DNA of 64,000 nucleotides from an uncultured Deinococcaceae bacterium (GCA_964252075.1 CAXULY010000004.1:154585-218584); one strand, 5' to 3'. Numbered from the stretch's first letter, positions 28,694 to 41,261 are shown. Numbers and translations: made by a program. Notes: generated by a model not told the origin, from the letters alone.

Positions 28694-29166
28694 GCGATGA
28701 GCGCTGGCTGGACGCGCTCTTCCCGCCGAACGCGGAGCGCACCGTGCCGTGGCCGGAGGTGGAGGAGGTGGTGACGCTGTACCGCCCGGTGGGTGAGCAG
28801 GAGTTGCGGCTGATCGCGGCGGCGGGCTGGGCGGCCTTCCCGCCGCGCCTGCCGGACCAGCCGATCTTCTACCCCGTCCTGAACTTCGCGTACGCCGAGG
28901 AGATCGCGCGGGACTGGAACGCGCGGCGCAACGACCCGCCCGTGGGCTTCGTCACGGCCTTCAAGGTGGAGGCGGGCGCCGCCACGCGGTATGCCATTCA
29001 GGTGGTGGGGTCGGAGGACACGCACCAGGAGCTGTGGGTGCCCGCCGGGGAGCTGGACGCCTTCAACCACGCGATCCGAGGGCCCATCCGGGTGCTGTCG
29101 CACTACGTGGGGACCGGGTACGCTGGGCGCGTTGACCCGGCCACCCACCTCCCTGACGGCCTTTAG
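28690..29166 (+). CDS. Hypothetical protein, putative ADP-ribosyltransferase fold
   Basis: TLYRPVG..EL, FPPRLP.QPIFYPV, YA..IARDWN, GFVT.F, HQELWVP; GTGA overlap with NADAR. The CDS is solid, the fold is an inference. Confidence 0.75.
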   Translation: MSDERWLDALFPPNAERTVPWPEVEEVVTLYRPVGEQELRLIAAAGWAAFPPRLPDQPIFYPVLNFAYAEEIARDWNARRNDPPVGFVTAFKVEAGAATRYAIQVVGSEDTHQELWVPAGELDAFNHAIRGPIRVLSHYVGTGYAGRVDPATHLPDGL

Positions 29167-30104
29167 ACCGCGGCGCTCGCCCGCAGCACGCGCGCCCTCT
29201 CCCCCACCGCGCGCACCTCGTACTCCCCGGTCGCCCCGGCCACGAGGAGCGTCTCGTACTGCGCGAGGCGCACGACTTCCTCCCCGGCGCGCACCTCGGC
29301 GTCGCCCTGGATGGCCGTGAGGAGGTGGAAGCCCTGTCCCGCCGTGTCCCCCGTCTGCACCCCGAGTTCCAGGGCGTCCAGCACGAAGTACGGGCTGCGG
29401 ACCAGTTCCGCTTCACCCGCGCTGAGGTCGGGGAGAGGCTTCAGCTGCCCGCTCAGGTCGACGCGCGTGACGGCGACGCTCTCCTCGAGGTGCAGGGCGC
29501 GGCCCGCGCTGGCGGGGCGGTCCCAGTCGTACACGCGGTAAGTGGTGTCGGACTCCTGCTGCACCTCGTACAGCAGGAGTCCGGGGCCGAGGGCGTGCAG
29601 GGTGCCGGCGGGAATGTACACGCTGTCCCCCGCGTGCACGGGGAGGGACTCCGCGACGTCCATGACCTGGCCGTCCCGGATGGCGGCGGCGAGCTGTGCG
29701 GCGTCCACGTCGGGTTTGACACCCGCGAGGATGGTCGCGCCGGGCTGGGCTTCCAGGAAGTGCCACGCCTCGGTCTTGCCGTACTTCCCCTCCCCCACCA
29801 TCTCGCGCGCCTGCTCGTCGTTCGGGTGGACCTGCACGCTCAGCCAGTCCGCGCAGTCGAGCAGCTTGATGAGCAGCGGGAAGCGCGCACCGTGACGGGC
29901 GCTGACGGCCTCCCCGAGCAGGTCGAGGCCGAGCAGGTCATGGAGGGTGCGGCCAGCGTGCGCCCCGGCGGTCACGCGGCTCTCGCCGTACGCAATCCAC
30001 GCCTCCCCGATGGGCGGGTCATGGGGTTTCAGGCGCTGGCCGCCCCACACGCGTTCGCGGTACTGGGTTTCGAGGGGGTAGAGGCGTTGCATGGCGCCCA
30101 TCAT
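29163..30104 (-). CDS. Class I mannose-6-phosphate isomerase-like cupin
   Basis: [47 protein letters not shown]. Confidence 0.9.
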   Translation of the reverse strand: MMGAMQRLYPLETQYRERVWGGQRLKPHDPPIGEAWIAYGESRVTAGAHAGRTLHDLLGLDLLGEAVSARHGARFPLLIKLLDCADWLSVQVHPNDEQAREMVGEGKYGKTEAWHFLEAQPGATILAGVKPDVDAAQLAAAIRDGQVMDVAESLPVHAGDSVYIPAGTLHALGPGLLLYEVQQESDTTYRVYDWDRPASAGRALHLEESVAVTRVDLSGQLKPLPDLSAGEAELVRSPYFVLDALELGVQTGDTAGQGFHLLTAIQGDAEVRAGEEVVRLAQYETLLVAGATGEYEVRAVGERARVLRASAAV

Positions 30105-31096
30105 GACCCGCCTGGCTCGCCTTCCGCCAGCAGCGCCGCGGCGGTGCGTTCGTCCGTGACGAGCACATCCAGGCAGCCGGTGCGTAGGGCGCCCAGAATG
30201 GCGCGCGTTTTGCTGGGGCCGCCCGCGACGGCGATGACGGGCGTGATGCCGCGCAGGTCGTCGAGGGTGAGGGCGATGAGGCGCGCGCCGAGGTCCGTCT
30301 CGACGGGCTGCCCCTGAAGGTCGTAGTAGCGGCCGGAGAGGTCCCCGACGGCGCCCGCCGCGCGCAGGGCGGCCATGTCGCCTGGCGTGATGACGCCCGC
30401 GCGGACGGCGGTGGCGTCCGCGTCGGTGCCGCCGATGCCGAGCACCATGAGGGTGGCGCTGCGCGCGAGGTCGAGGGCGGCGCGGACGGTGGGCTCGCGC
30501 AGGAAGAGGGCCTGGCTTTCCGGGGAGGCGACGTACTGCGGGGCGTGCAGGTGCGTGAGGTGCGCGCCGAGCTTCTCCGCGATGGTCCAGGCGATGCGGG
30601 CGGGGTTGATGGCGTCGCTCGTGAGCAGGCCACCGAGGGACTGTGTGACACGCAGGCCCTCGATGGGGCGGGGCGTGAGCGCCTCGGCGAGCGCCTGAAG
30701 GCCGGAACCCCACGCGGTGCCCAGGATGTCGCCGGGCCGCAGGAGGCCCTCAAGGTACAGGGCGGCGGCGCGCCCGAGGCTGCGCGCGAGGGCGTCGCCG
30801 CCCTGCCCGTTGGGGTTGGGCACCACCAGGGCGTCGTGCAGGCCGAAGTGCTCGCGCAGGGCGCTGGCGCTGGAGAGGCGGCGCAGCACGTCGGGCCGCA
30901 GGTGCACGGTGACGATGCCCTCGTCGCGCGCGCGGGAGAGGAGGTTCGCCACGGTGGGGCGCGAGAGGCCCAACACGCCCGCGATTTCGGCCTGCGTGTG
31001 GTTCTCCTGGTAGTACAGCCACGCCGCCGTGATCAGGGGGTCGGCCTCAAGGCGCGGCATGAGCGCGGACTTGTCGGCGGGGCGGGCCTTCGGCAT
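30101..31096 (-). CDS. SorC/DeoR-family sugar-binding transcriptional regulator
   Basis: AWLYYQENHTQAEIA..LGLSR.TV.NLL..AR..GIV; GTAWG; GAVGD; LVTDE. Confidence 0.93.
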   Translation of the reverse strand: MPKARPADKSALMPRLEADPLITAAWLYYQENHTQAEIAGVLGLSRPTVANLLSRARDEGIVTVHLRPDVLRRLSSASALREHFGLHDALVVPNPNGQGGDALARSLGRAAALYLEGLLRPGDILGTAWGSGLQALAEALTPRPIEGLRVTQSLGGLLTSDAINPARIAWTIAEKLGAHLTHLHAPQYVASPESQALFLREPTVRAALDLARSATLMVLGIGGTDADATAVRAGVITPGDMAALRAAGAVGDLSGRYYDLQGQPVETDLGARLIALTLDDLRGITPVIAVAGGPSKTRAILGALRTGCLDVLVTDERTAAALLAEGEPGGS

Positions 31097-31282
31097 GGGT
31101 GGGTCTGAGCGTACCAAGTTCAGGTGCCTCGCGCGCCGCCGTGGTCGGTCACAATGCCAGCGAGGGGGCACGATGACCAGAACCGCCGCGCGGGTGAACG
31201 ACAGGTACACGGGGGCAGGCGCCAGGGAGCCGGAGGGCACGCAGGGGCGGAGCGGCGGCATGCCGCGTGGGGCGGTGCGCGC

Positions 31283-31678
31283 GTGAAGTTCCGGGCGGTG
31301 CTGCAGCAGAGCGGCAAGGCGGCCACGGGCGTGCAGGTGCCGGCGGAGGTAACGGACGCGCTGGGGGCGGGGAAGCGCCCGGCGGTGCGGGTCACGCTGG
31401 GGGCATTCACGTACCGCAGCACGGTGGCGAGCATGGGTGGGGTGTTCATGCTGCCGGTGAGCGCCGAGGTGCGGGCGCAGGCGGGCGTGGCGGCGGGCGA
31501 CGAGCTGGAGGTGGAGGTCAGCCTGGACACCGATCCGCGCGAGGTGAGCGTCCCGGCAGACCTGAAGGCCGCACTGGACGCGGATGAGCGGGCCGTGCTG
31601 GAGGTCGAGGGCGCGAAGACGCCGGAGACCCCTCAGCGGCGGGTGGAGAAGGTGCTGGCGCAATTGCGGGAAGGGTAA
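31283..31678 (+). CDS. DUF1905 + YdeI/OmdA-type protein, apparently with an internal deletion
   Basis: TGVQVP..V..ALG.GKRP.V.VT...YRST; C-terminal GAKTPET..RRVEK but the segment before it looks short. Confidence 0.75.
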   Translation: MKFRAVLQQSGKAATGVQVPAEVTDALGAGKRPAVRVTLGAFTYRSTVASMGGVFMLPVSAEVRAQAGVAAGDELEVEVSLDTDPREVSVPADLKAALDADERAVLEVEGAKTPETPQRRVEKVLAQLREG

Positions 31679-31698
31679 GGAGGCCGCCAAAACGACAC

Positions 31699-31748
31699 TT
31701 CAACAAATGCAAGTACCTTTGACATGTGTAAAAGATGGGTCGTAAACT
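31699..31748 (+). promoter_or_regulatory. Promoter with two candidate SorC-type sites
   Basis: TTGACA(31719-24)-18-TAAACT(31743-48); AT-rich TTCAACAAATGCAA and TTGACATGTGTAAA about 20 bp apart. Confidence 0.55.
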
Positions 31749-31770
31749 GAGGGGGACAGGAGGCATTGCG

Positions 31771-32814
31771 GTGACACAGCAACCGGAGATGGCCGCCGCC
31801 ATCATGCGCGGCGCGCACCAGATCGACCTGGGCAGCATTCCCAAGCCCACGCCCGGCCCCGGGCAGGTGCTGGTGCGGGTGGGCGCGAACAGCGTGTGCG
31901 GCAGCGACCTGCACTACTGGCACGAAGGCCGCATCGGCTCGGCCGCCGTGACGGGCGACTTCACGCCCGGCCACGAGTTCGCAGGCACCATCGCGGAGGG
32001 CAGCGGCGAGGCGTACGGCCTCGCGGACGGCACGCTCGTCGCGGTGGACCCCGCGCAGCCCTGCGGGCACTGCCCGTGGTGCCACGAAGGGAACCAGCAC
32101 CTCTGCCCAAACATGGTCTTCGTGGGCGCGCCGCCGTACGCGGGCGCCATGGCCGAGTTCATCGCGGTGCCCGTCAGCAGCGTGTACCCCGTGCCCGAGG
32201 GCTTCACGGCGCAGCAGGCGGCCCTGCTGGAACCGCTGGGCGTCGCCATGCACGCCCTGGACCTCGCGAAGCTGCGGCCCGGCAGCGACGTGGCGATCCT
32301 CGGGGCGGGCACCATCGGCCTGTACATCCTGATGCTGGCGCGCATCAGCGGCGCCCTGAAGATCAGCGTGATCGAGCCGCTCGCGTACCGCCGCGAGAAG
32401 GCCCTGCAGCTCGGCGCGACCGCCGCGTACCCGGACCTCGCCAGCTATCATGCGGCGGTGGCGGTCACGCCGCGGCGCGGGGCGGACGTGGTGCTGGAGG
32501 CGACCACCTCGCCCCTCGGGCCGCGCCACGCGACGGAGGCGGCCCGCATCGGCGGGAAGGTCATCCTGGTGGGCATCCCGGACGGCGACGAGTTCACCCT
32601 CGCGGGGTCGCTGGTGCGCCGCAAGGGCCTCACCATCAAGCTCTCCAGGCGCATGGGGCACATCTACCCGCGCGCCATCGAGTTCGTGCGCAGCGGTCGC
32701 ATTGAGGTGAACGCCGTCGTGACGCACGTGTGGCCCCTCGCGCGCGTGCGGGACGCCTTCGAGATGCTCGCGGAGTACAAAGACGAGGCCATCAAGGTGG
32801 TGCTGGAGCCATGA
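31771..32814 (+). CDS. Zn-dependent polyol (sorbitol/xylitol-type) dehydrogenase
   Basis: VCGSDLH, GHEF, C..C..C.......C, LEPL, GAGTIG; RBS AGGAGG. Confidence 0.92.
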   Translation: MTQQPEMAAAIMRGAHQIDLGSIPKPTPGPGQVLVRVGANSVCGSDLHYWHEGRIGSAAVTGDFTPGHEFAGTIAEGSGEAYGLADGTLVAVDPAQPCGHCPWCHEGNQHLCPNMVFVGAPPYAGAMAEFIAVPVSSVYPVPEGFTAQQAALLEPLGVAMHALDLAKLRPGSDVAILGAGTIGLYILMLARISGALKISVIEPLAYRREKALQLGATAAYPDLASYHAAVAVTPRRGADVVLEATTSPLGPRHATEAARIGGKVILVGIPDGDEFTLAGSLVRRKGLTIKLSRRMGHIYPRAIEFVRSGRIEVNAVVTHVWPLARVRDAFEMLAEYKDEAIKVVLEP

Positions 32815-33518
32815 AGACCCGCGAGTTGCGCGAGCAGGCGCTCGAAGCGAACCTCGCCCTGCCGAAGCACGGCCTCGTGGTGTTCACGTGGGGGAACGCG
32901 TCGGCGGTGGACAAGGGCGCGGACCTCATGGCGATCAAGCCGAGCGGCGTGCCGTACGACGCCCTGAAGGCCGACGACCTGCTGCTGCTGGAGGTGTCCA
33001 GCGGGCGGGTGGTGGAAGGCACCCTGCGCCCCTCGTCGGACACGCCGACGCACCTCGTGCTGGCGCGCGCCTTCGACGTGGGCGGCATCGTGCACACGCA
33101 CTCCCGGTACGCGACGGCGTGGGCGCAGGCGGGCCTGGACCTGCCCGCGTACGGCACCACGCAGGCGGACTACTTCATGGGCACGGTGCCCGTCACGCGC
33201 GACCTCACGCCCGACGAGGTGAACGCCGGGTACGAGGAGCACACCGGGCACGTGATCGTGGAGACCTTCGCGGAGCGCGGCCTGAACCCGCGCGACGTGC
33301 CGGGCGTGCTGTTGCGCGGCCACGCGAGCTTCGTGTGGGGCAGGAGCGCGGACGATGCGGTGCACAACGCGGTGGTGCTGGAGGAGGTGGCGCACATGGC
33401 GTACCTCGCGCGCACCCTCAATCCGGCGCTCGCGGAGTTGCCCGCGCACGTGCTGGACAAGCACTACACCCGCAAGCACGGCGCGGGCGCGTACTACGGG
33501 CAGACGAAAGCGGAGTGA
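32811..33518 (+). CDS. araD: L-ribulose-5-phosphate 4-epimerase (AraD/UlaF family)
   Basis: TWGNAS, IKPSGV.Y, PSSDTPTH, VHTHS, DKHY.RKHG..AYYGQ. Confidence 0.93.
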   Translation: MKTRELREQALEANLALPKHGLVVFTWGNASAVDKGADLMAIKPSGVPYDALKADDLLLLEVSSGRVVEGTLRPSSDTPTHLVLARAFDVGGIVHTHSRYATAWAQAGLDLPAYGTTQADYFMGTVPVTRDLTPDEVNAGYEEHTGHVIVETFAERGLNPRDVPGVLLRGHASFVWGRSADDAVHNAVVLEEVAHMAYLARTLNPALAELPAHVLDKHYTRKHGAGAYYGQTKAE

Positions 33519-33527
33519 TGGCCCCCT

Positions 33528-33563
33528 GCGGGGCGCCCCGGCCCATGCGCTGGGGCGCCCCGC
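33528..33563. terminator. Stem-loop after araD
   Basis: GCGGGGCGCCCC...GGGGCGCCCCGC inverted repeat. Confidence 0.5.
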
Positions 33564-33672
33564 CTGATTGGATGTGTCTGGACGCGCAGACAATTGCGGC
33601 TGGGGCGCGACAGTATCATCACCGCGAGTTCACGCCCGCACCGCTTTCATTCCCTGAAGGGATGCACCGCCC

Positions 33673-36303
<2,631 letters not shown>

Positions 36304-36317
<14 letters not shown>

Positions 36318-36957
36318 GGTGAGCGCCCGCGACCAGTTCGTGGTGGCGAGCGGCGACACGCCACTGCTGGACGTGTGGGCGGCGCTCCCGGAGGGCCTGT
36401 ACCCACCCTTCCCGCCCGTGGAGCTGCCGGATGGGGTGGGCGGCGTGGTGCTGCGCGGCGGCTTCGCGCAGACCTTCTTCTTCGGGGCGGAGGTGCTGGG
36501 CGCGCAGTTCGTGAGCCGCAGCGGGCGGCTCATCGAGGCGGGCGGGCGCGTCGTGAAGAACGTGCAGGGCTTCGACCTCGTGCGGCCCCTCGTGGGGAGT
36601 TTCGGTCGGCTGGGCGAGGTGCGCCGCGTGACGCTGCGCCTGCGGCCCGGCCCGGCCTTCCTGCACCTCACGCGGCCCGGCGCGCTGGAGGACGCCGCAG
36701 ACCTGCCCGCGCGCTTCGTGTGGCAGGACGGCGCGCACGTGCACGCCGTGCATTTCGGCCCGGCGCGCGAGGTGGAGCGCCTGCGGCAGGCGTTCGGGGG
36801 CGACGCGCAGGCGCAGCCGCTGGATTACCGCCCACGGTTCCCGAACGGCCTAGGGATTGGGGTGAGCGACCTGCGCGACCGGCGCTTCGCGTGGGCGGAT
36901 GGCGGCGCGGCGCCCGAGGTGCCCGCCCTGTTCGAGCGGGTGGCCGCCGCGCTGTGA
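36304..36957 (+). CDS. glcE: Short GlcE-like FAD-binding subunit
   Basis: [14 protein letters not shown]...GSFG.LG; operon context. Confidence 0.75.
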
Positions 36958-37363
36958 CGACGGAGCCAATCCGTGATCTGCGCGCCGCGGACGAGGAAGC
37001 CGTGCGCGCGTGGCTGCGCGCCCACCTCAGCCAGCACCTCGCGTGGTGGCAGGACGCCTACGGCCATCCGCCCGCCTCCAGCCTCGATGATCTCGTGGAG
37101 CGCGAGTGGCAGGACCTGCGGGCCAGCGCTGCGGGCGAGGGCTTCGTGGCGGTGCTCGGTTACGCCGACCCGCTGGGTGTGGTGCAAGCGGGCGTGCGGC
37201 CCGAGCGGGACCTGGGCTTCCCGGTGGGCGTGCTGAGCTGGATCTCCGTGACGCCCGAGGCGCGCGGGGCCGCGAGGTGTTCGTGACCGCCGCGAATGCG
37301 CCCGCCGTGCGCCTGTACGCCCGGCACGGCTACCGCGTGATCGACCACCGCCTGCTGGGCTGA
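36954..37363 (+). pseudogene. GNAT acetyltransferase disrupted by a frameshifting deletion
   Basis: ...LSWISVTPEARG then stop at 37286; EVFVTAANAPAVRLYARHGY continues in another frame; motif A helix missing. Confidence 0.75.
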
Positions 37364-37420
37364 CGCGCGACCGTCACCGTTGCGACACTTGCGCCGCTGG
37401 CCCTGCCTCTACGCTGGGTC

Positions 37421-38122
37421 ATGACCGCCGCACCTGCCGGGCAGGACATCAGCTTCGAGGCCGAGTCGCGCGCCCTGAACGCCTACGTCGCCCGCCCGGA
37501 GGGGACCGCGCCGTTTCCGGGCGTGCTGGTCATCCATGAGGCTTTCGGGCTCACGCCGGACATCCGGCGCGTCACGGACCGCCTGGCGGGCGAGGGGTAC
37601 GTGGCGCTCGCGGTGGACCTCTTCAGCGGGCGGAATGCCGCCGTGTGCATGGCGCGCCTGATGGGCGGCATGCTCACCGACTCACTGGATCACGCGGGCG
37701 TGCGGGACCTGCGGGTGGCGCTAGGCGCGCTGGCGGGGCAGGCGGGCGTGGATGGTGGGCGGCTGGGCGCCATCGGGTTCTGCATGGGGGGCAGCCTCGC
37801 CCTCGCGCTGTCCTGCACGGACCGCCGCCTGAAGGCCGTCGCGCCGTACTACGCCATGAACCCACGCCCGCTGGAGGCGGTGCGCCGCGCGTGCCCGGTG
37901 GTGGGGTCGTACCCGCAGCCGGACTTCACGACGCGTCACGGCCAGCGGCTGGAGGCGGAACTCGCGGCGTCCGGGGTGCCGCACGACATCCGGGTGTACC
38001 CCGGCACGCGCCACTCCTTCTTCAACGCGGACAACGCGCGGACCTACGATCCAGCGGCGGCCGCGGACTCCTGGGCGCGGGTGCTGGCGTTCTTCCGGGA
38101 GCAGGGACTGGGGCCCGTTTGA
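37421..38122 (+). CDS. Dienelactone hydrolase family protein
   Basis: VIHEAFGL, GFCMGG, H.FFN, A.DSW; TACGCT -10 5 nt before the ATG. Confidence 0.93.
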   Translation: MTAAPAGQDISFEAESRALNAYVARPEGTAPFPGVLVIHEAFGLTPDIRRVTDRLAGEGYVALAVDLFSGRNAAVCMARLMGGMLTDSLDHAGVRDLRVALGALAGQAGVDGGRLGAIGFCMGGSLALALSCTDRRLKAVAPYYAMNPRPLEAVRRACPVVGSYPQPDFTTRHGQRLEAELAASGVPHDIRVYPGTRHSFFNADNARTYDPAAAADSWARVLAFFREQGLGPV

Positions 38123-38151
38123 GGCAGGCTGGGCTGCCCGGTCACCCATGA

Positions 38152-38183
38152 GCCGGACCCCGCCAGAAGTGGCGGGGTCCGGC
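38152..38183. terminator. Stem-loop between convergent genes
   Basis: Perfect 14-bp GCCGGACCCCGCCA-gaag-TGGCGGGGTCCGGC. Confidence 0.7.
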
Positions 38184-38196
38184 CTGGGCGCGCCGT

Positions 38197-38709
38197 TTAC
38201 TCGCCGGGTCGGCGCGGCTTGAGCAGGGACACGTCCAGCGGGGTGCCCGCGCTGCCTTGCGGGGCGTCACCGAGGCGGCGGCGCAGGTAGTCCTCCAGCT
38301 GCCCGATGTCCGCGGCGATCTCGTCACGGACGCGCTCCACGCGCGCGCCGAACGCACCGGATTCCTGCGTCTGCCCCTTCAGTTCACCGAAGCGCTGCTC
38401 CAGGTACGCCTGCAGTTGCGCGAAGCGGCTGCCTTCCTGCGTGTCGAGGCTCTGGCGGAGCACCTGCATCTCGCGCAGGAGTTTGGCGCTGTCCGCCTGA
38501 CCGCGCAGGGTGGCGTAACTGGTGAGCAGGTAGAACAGCAGCGCCAGGATGGCGCCCAGCACCAGCAGGATCATGCCGAGGGGCACGCCGGTGTACGTGG
38601 CGAAGCCGAGCGTCAGGGTGTGCCCGAACAGCAGGGCGTTGTAATTCAGGATGCCGAAGGCCACCAGCAGCACCAGCACAATGACCAGCAGCACGGTGTG
38701 AAACCTCAT
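38197..38709 (-). CDS. LapA-like membrane protein with coiled-coil tail
   Basis: TM-N...L.LGF...P.G-TM architecture; RBS GGAGG. Confidence 0.75.
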   Translation of the reverse strand: MRFHTVLLVIVLVLLVAFGILNYNALLFGHTLTLGFATYTGVPLGMILLVLGAILALLFYLLTSYATLRGQADSAKLLREMQVLRQSLDTQEGSRFAQLQAYLEQRFGELKGQTQESGAFGARVERVRDEIAADIGQLEDYLRRRLGDAPQGSAGTPLDVSLLKPRRPGE

Positions 38710-38794
38710 GAGAACCTCCGGTCTTCACGCTAACACCCCTTCCGTGAGGGCGCGGCTGTCGCGGCTTTCGGGAACATTTAGGGTGCCGGTTGGG

Positions 38795-40096
38795 TCAGTT
38801 CACGCGGTCCAGCACCAGCGGCGGGAGTTCGGGCGCCTGCGCACCCACCGCGAGGCCCGCCTCCAGCAGCGCGAGGGCGGTGTCCACGCCGCGTTCCCGG
38901 TGGTACAGGCGCGCGATGACTTCACCCGTGCGGACGGGCTCGCCCGGCTTGCGGACGAGTTCCACGCCCACCCCGTGGTCGATCGCCTCGTTCTTGCGTT
39001 CGCGGCCCCCGCCGAGCGCGAGCACCGCGCGGCCCACCGCGAGGGCGTCGATGCGCTGCACGAAGCCGTCCTGCGGGGCGCGTACCTCCATGCGGCCGGG
39101 CGCGACGTCCAGCTTCTCGGGCTGCGTGACGTAGCTGGGGTCGCCGCCCTGCGCCGCCACGAAGTCCGCGAGTTTGCGCAGGGCGGAGCCGTCCGCGATG
39201 ACGCCGCGCACGCGCCGTTCGGCGTCAAGCTGCCCCACGCCGTTCGCCACGAGGGCCTCGTGCGCGAGGATGAAGCACAGCTGCGTGAGGTCCTCCGGGC
39301 CGCGGCCCTGCAGGGTCTCGATGGCCTCGCGGACCTCCAGGCTGTTGCCGGCCATGTGCCCGAGGGGCGCGTCCATGTCGGTGAGGAGGGCGCGCACGTT
39401 ACGGCCCGCGTGCCGCCCGATGTCAACCATCGCACGCGCGAGTTCGCGCCCGTCCTCGACGGTGCGCATGAACGCGCCCGCGCCGACCTTCACGTCCAGC
39501 ACGATGGTCTGCGCGCCGGACGCGAGTTTCTTCGACATGATGCTGCTCGCGATGAGCGGCACGCAGTCCACGGTGGCGGTCACGTCGCGCAGGGCGTACA
39601 GCAGGCCGTCGGCGGGCGCGAGGTCCCGGCTCTGCCCGACGAGCGCGAGGCCGATCTCGCGCGCCTGGCGCAGGAAGGCCTCCTCGGGGAGTTCCGGGGA
39701 CCAGCCGGGGATGCTCTCGAGTTTGTCGATGGTGCCGCCAGTGTGGGCGAGACCGCGGCCGCTCATCTTCGCGACGGTGAGGCCGCACGCGGCGAGGATG
39801 GGTGTGAGGACGAGGCTGGTCTTGTCGCCGACGCCGCCGGTGGAGTGCTTGTCGACGGTGCGCTGGAGGCTGCTGAGGTCCATCAGGTCGCCGCTGGCGG
39901 CCATGACCTGCGTGAGGTCGGCGGTCTCGCGGGGCGTCATGCCGCGCAGGTACACGGCCATGAGCCACGCGGCGATCTGGTAGTCGGGCACCTCCTGTCG
40001 GGTGTACCCGAGGATGAGCTGTTCGAGTTCGGCGCGGGTGTGTTCCTGGCCGTCGCGTTTCCGGGCGATGAGTTCGGGGATGGGGAGCTCGGGCAT
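38795..40096 (-). CDS. pdp: Pyrimidine-nucleoside/thymidine phosphorylase
   Basis: KKRDG-like [48 protein letters not shown]. Confidence 0.95.
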   Translation of the reverse strand: MPELPIPELIARKRDGQEHTRAELEQLILGYTRQEVPDYQIAAWLMAVYLRGMTPRETADLTQVMAASGDLMDLSSLQRTVDKHSTGGVGDKTSLVLTPILAACGLTVAKMSGRGLAHTGGTIDKLESIPGWSPELPEEAFLRQAREIGLALVGQSRDLAPADGLLYALRDVTATVDCVPLIASSIMSKKLASGAQTIVLDVKVGAGAFMRTVEDGRELARAMVDIGRHAGRNVRALLTDMDAPLGHMAGNSLEVREAIETLQGRGPEDLTQLCFILAHEALVANGVGQLDAERRVRGVIADGSALRKLADFVAAQGGDPSYVTQPEKLDVAPGRMEVRAPQDGFVQRIDALAVGRAVLALGGGRERKNEAIDHGVGVELVRKPGEPVRTGEVIARLYHRERGVDTALALLEAGLAVGAQAPELPPLVLDRVN

Positions 40097-40167
40097 GCCA
40101 CAGGGTAGCGTGGGGGCGCGGTGCGGCACCCCTTTGACCTTCAATTTAATCCGGGTAATAATGGGGC

Positions 40168-40749
40168 ATGACGGAGCAGACCTACACCGCCTTCGTCGGC
40201 CACGAACGCCTGGTGACCGCCCCCCTGCCGGACCTGCTGACGCAGGTGCGCGCCCACCTGGAAGGCGGCGCGGCACGCGGCCCCCTGCTGATCTTCGAGG
40301 ACGGCAGCGGGCGACAGACGGACTTCGACCTGAGCGGCAGCGTGCCCGAGATGCTCCGGCGCGAGGCGCCCCCCGCCCTCGCACGCCCCAGCCTCCACCC
40401 CATCCCGCGCGAGGCCGCGCTGCTGCCGCGCCACTGGGCGTGGCTGGACGCGCAACCCGGCGGCGCCTCCGCCGCCCTGCAGCAGCTGATGGACGCGGCG
40501 GGGCAGCGCACACCGGACGCCGGGCGCCAGCAGCAGGCGCAGGCCGCCGCGGACCGCTTCATGCACGCCATGGCGGGCGACCTCCCCGACCTCGAGGACG
40601 CCTCACGCGCGCTGTACCGCGGCGACCACGCGCGCCTGGAAGCCCTCACGCGCGCGTGGCCGCCGGACGTGCGGGCGCACCTGCTGCTGCTGGCCGCCCC
40701 CCTCTTCCCCCTGGAGGAAGGCCCACCCGAGGGCGAAGCGCGGCCATGA
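40168..40749 (+). CDS. DUF2239-family protein
   Basis: [53 protein letters not shown]-17-AATAAT promoter, leaderless. Confidence 0.85.
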   Translation: MTEQTYTAFVGHERLVTAPLPDLLTQVRAHLEGGAARGPLLIFEDGSGRQTDFDLSGSVPEMLRREAPPALARPSLHPIPREAALLPRHWAWLDAQPGGASAALQQLMDAAGQRTPDAGRQQQAQAAADRFMHAMAGDLPDLEDASRALYRGDHARLEALTRAWPPDVRAHLLLLAAPLFPLEEGPPEGEARP

Positions 40750-41261
40750 CCGACCCGCACGCGCAGGCCCGCGATCCCCACACGCCCGCCGCGCGGCTCG
40801 CGGAACTCGCGCTCACGCACCCACAGGCGGTCCTCGCGAACCCCGCACTGCCCCTGCTGTGCCTCACGCAGCCCGGCGTGCTGCACCACTGGCCCGCCCT
40901 GGCCGTCGCGCGCCTCGCCGAGCGGCCCGAAGCGCCCGAGTGGCTGCTCCTCCAGGCGCTCAGCCACCCCGACCCGCGCCCCCAGCTGGCCGTCCTGGCG
41001 CGCGCGTCACTGCCCGGGGCCCTCGCCCGCCGCGCGGCGCGCAGCCCCTGGTGGCGGGTGCGGGCCGCGCTGGCGGCCCACCCCGACCTGCCCGCCGAGG
41101 TGACCGGGGCCCTCCACCAGGACCCAGACCACGGCGTGCGCCTCGCGCTCACGCAGCGCGCGGACCTGCCTCAGCACGTGACGCGCGCCCTCGCCCGCGA
41201 CCCGCACCCACTCGTCCGCAGGCAGATGCGCCCCACACCACCCGACCCGCCCACCCGGTAG
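40746..41261 (+). CDS. HEAT/LRV-repeat protein
   Basis: VLANPALP, VRAALAAHP.LP, D.D..VR repeats; ATGA overlap. Confidence 0.7.
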   Translation: MTDPHAQARDPHTPAARLAELALTHPQAVLANPALPLLCLTQPGVLHHWPALAVARLAERPEAPEWLLLQALSHPDPRPQLAVLARASLPGALARRAARSPWWRVRAALAAHPDLPAEVTGALHQDPDHGVRLALTQRADLPQHVTRALARDPHPLVRRQMRPTPPDPPTR

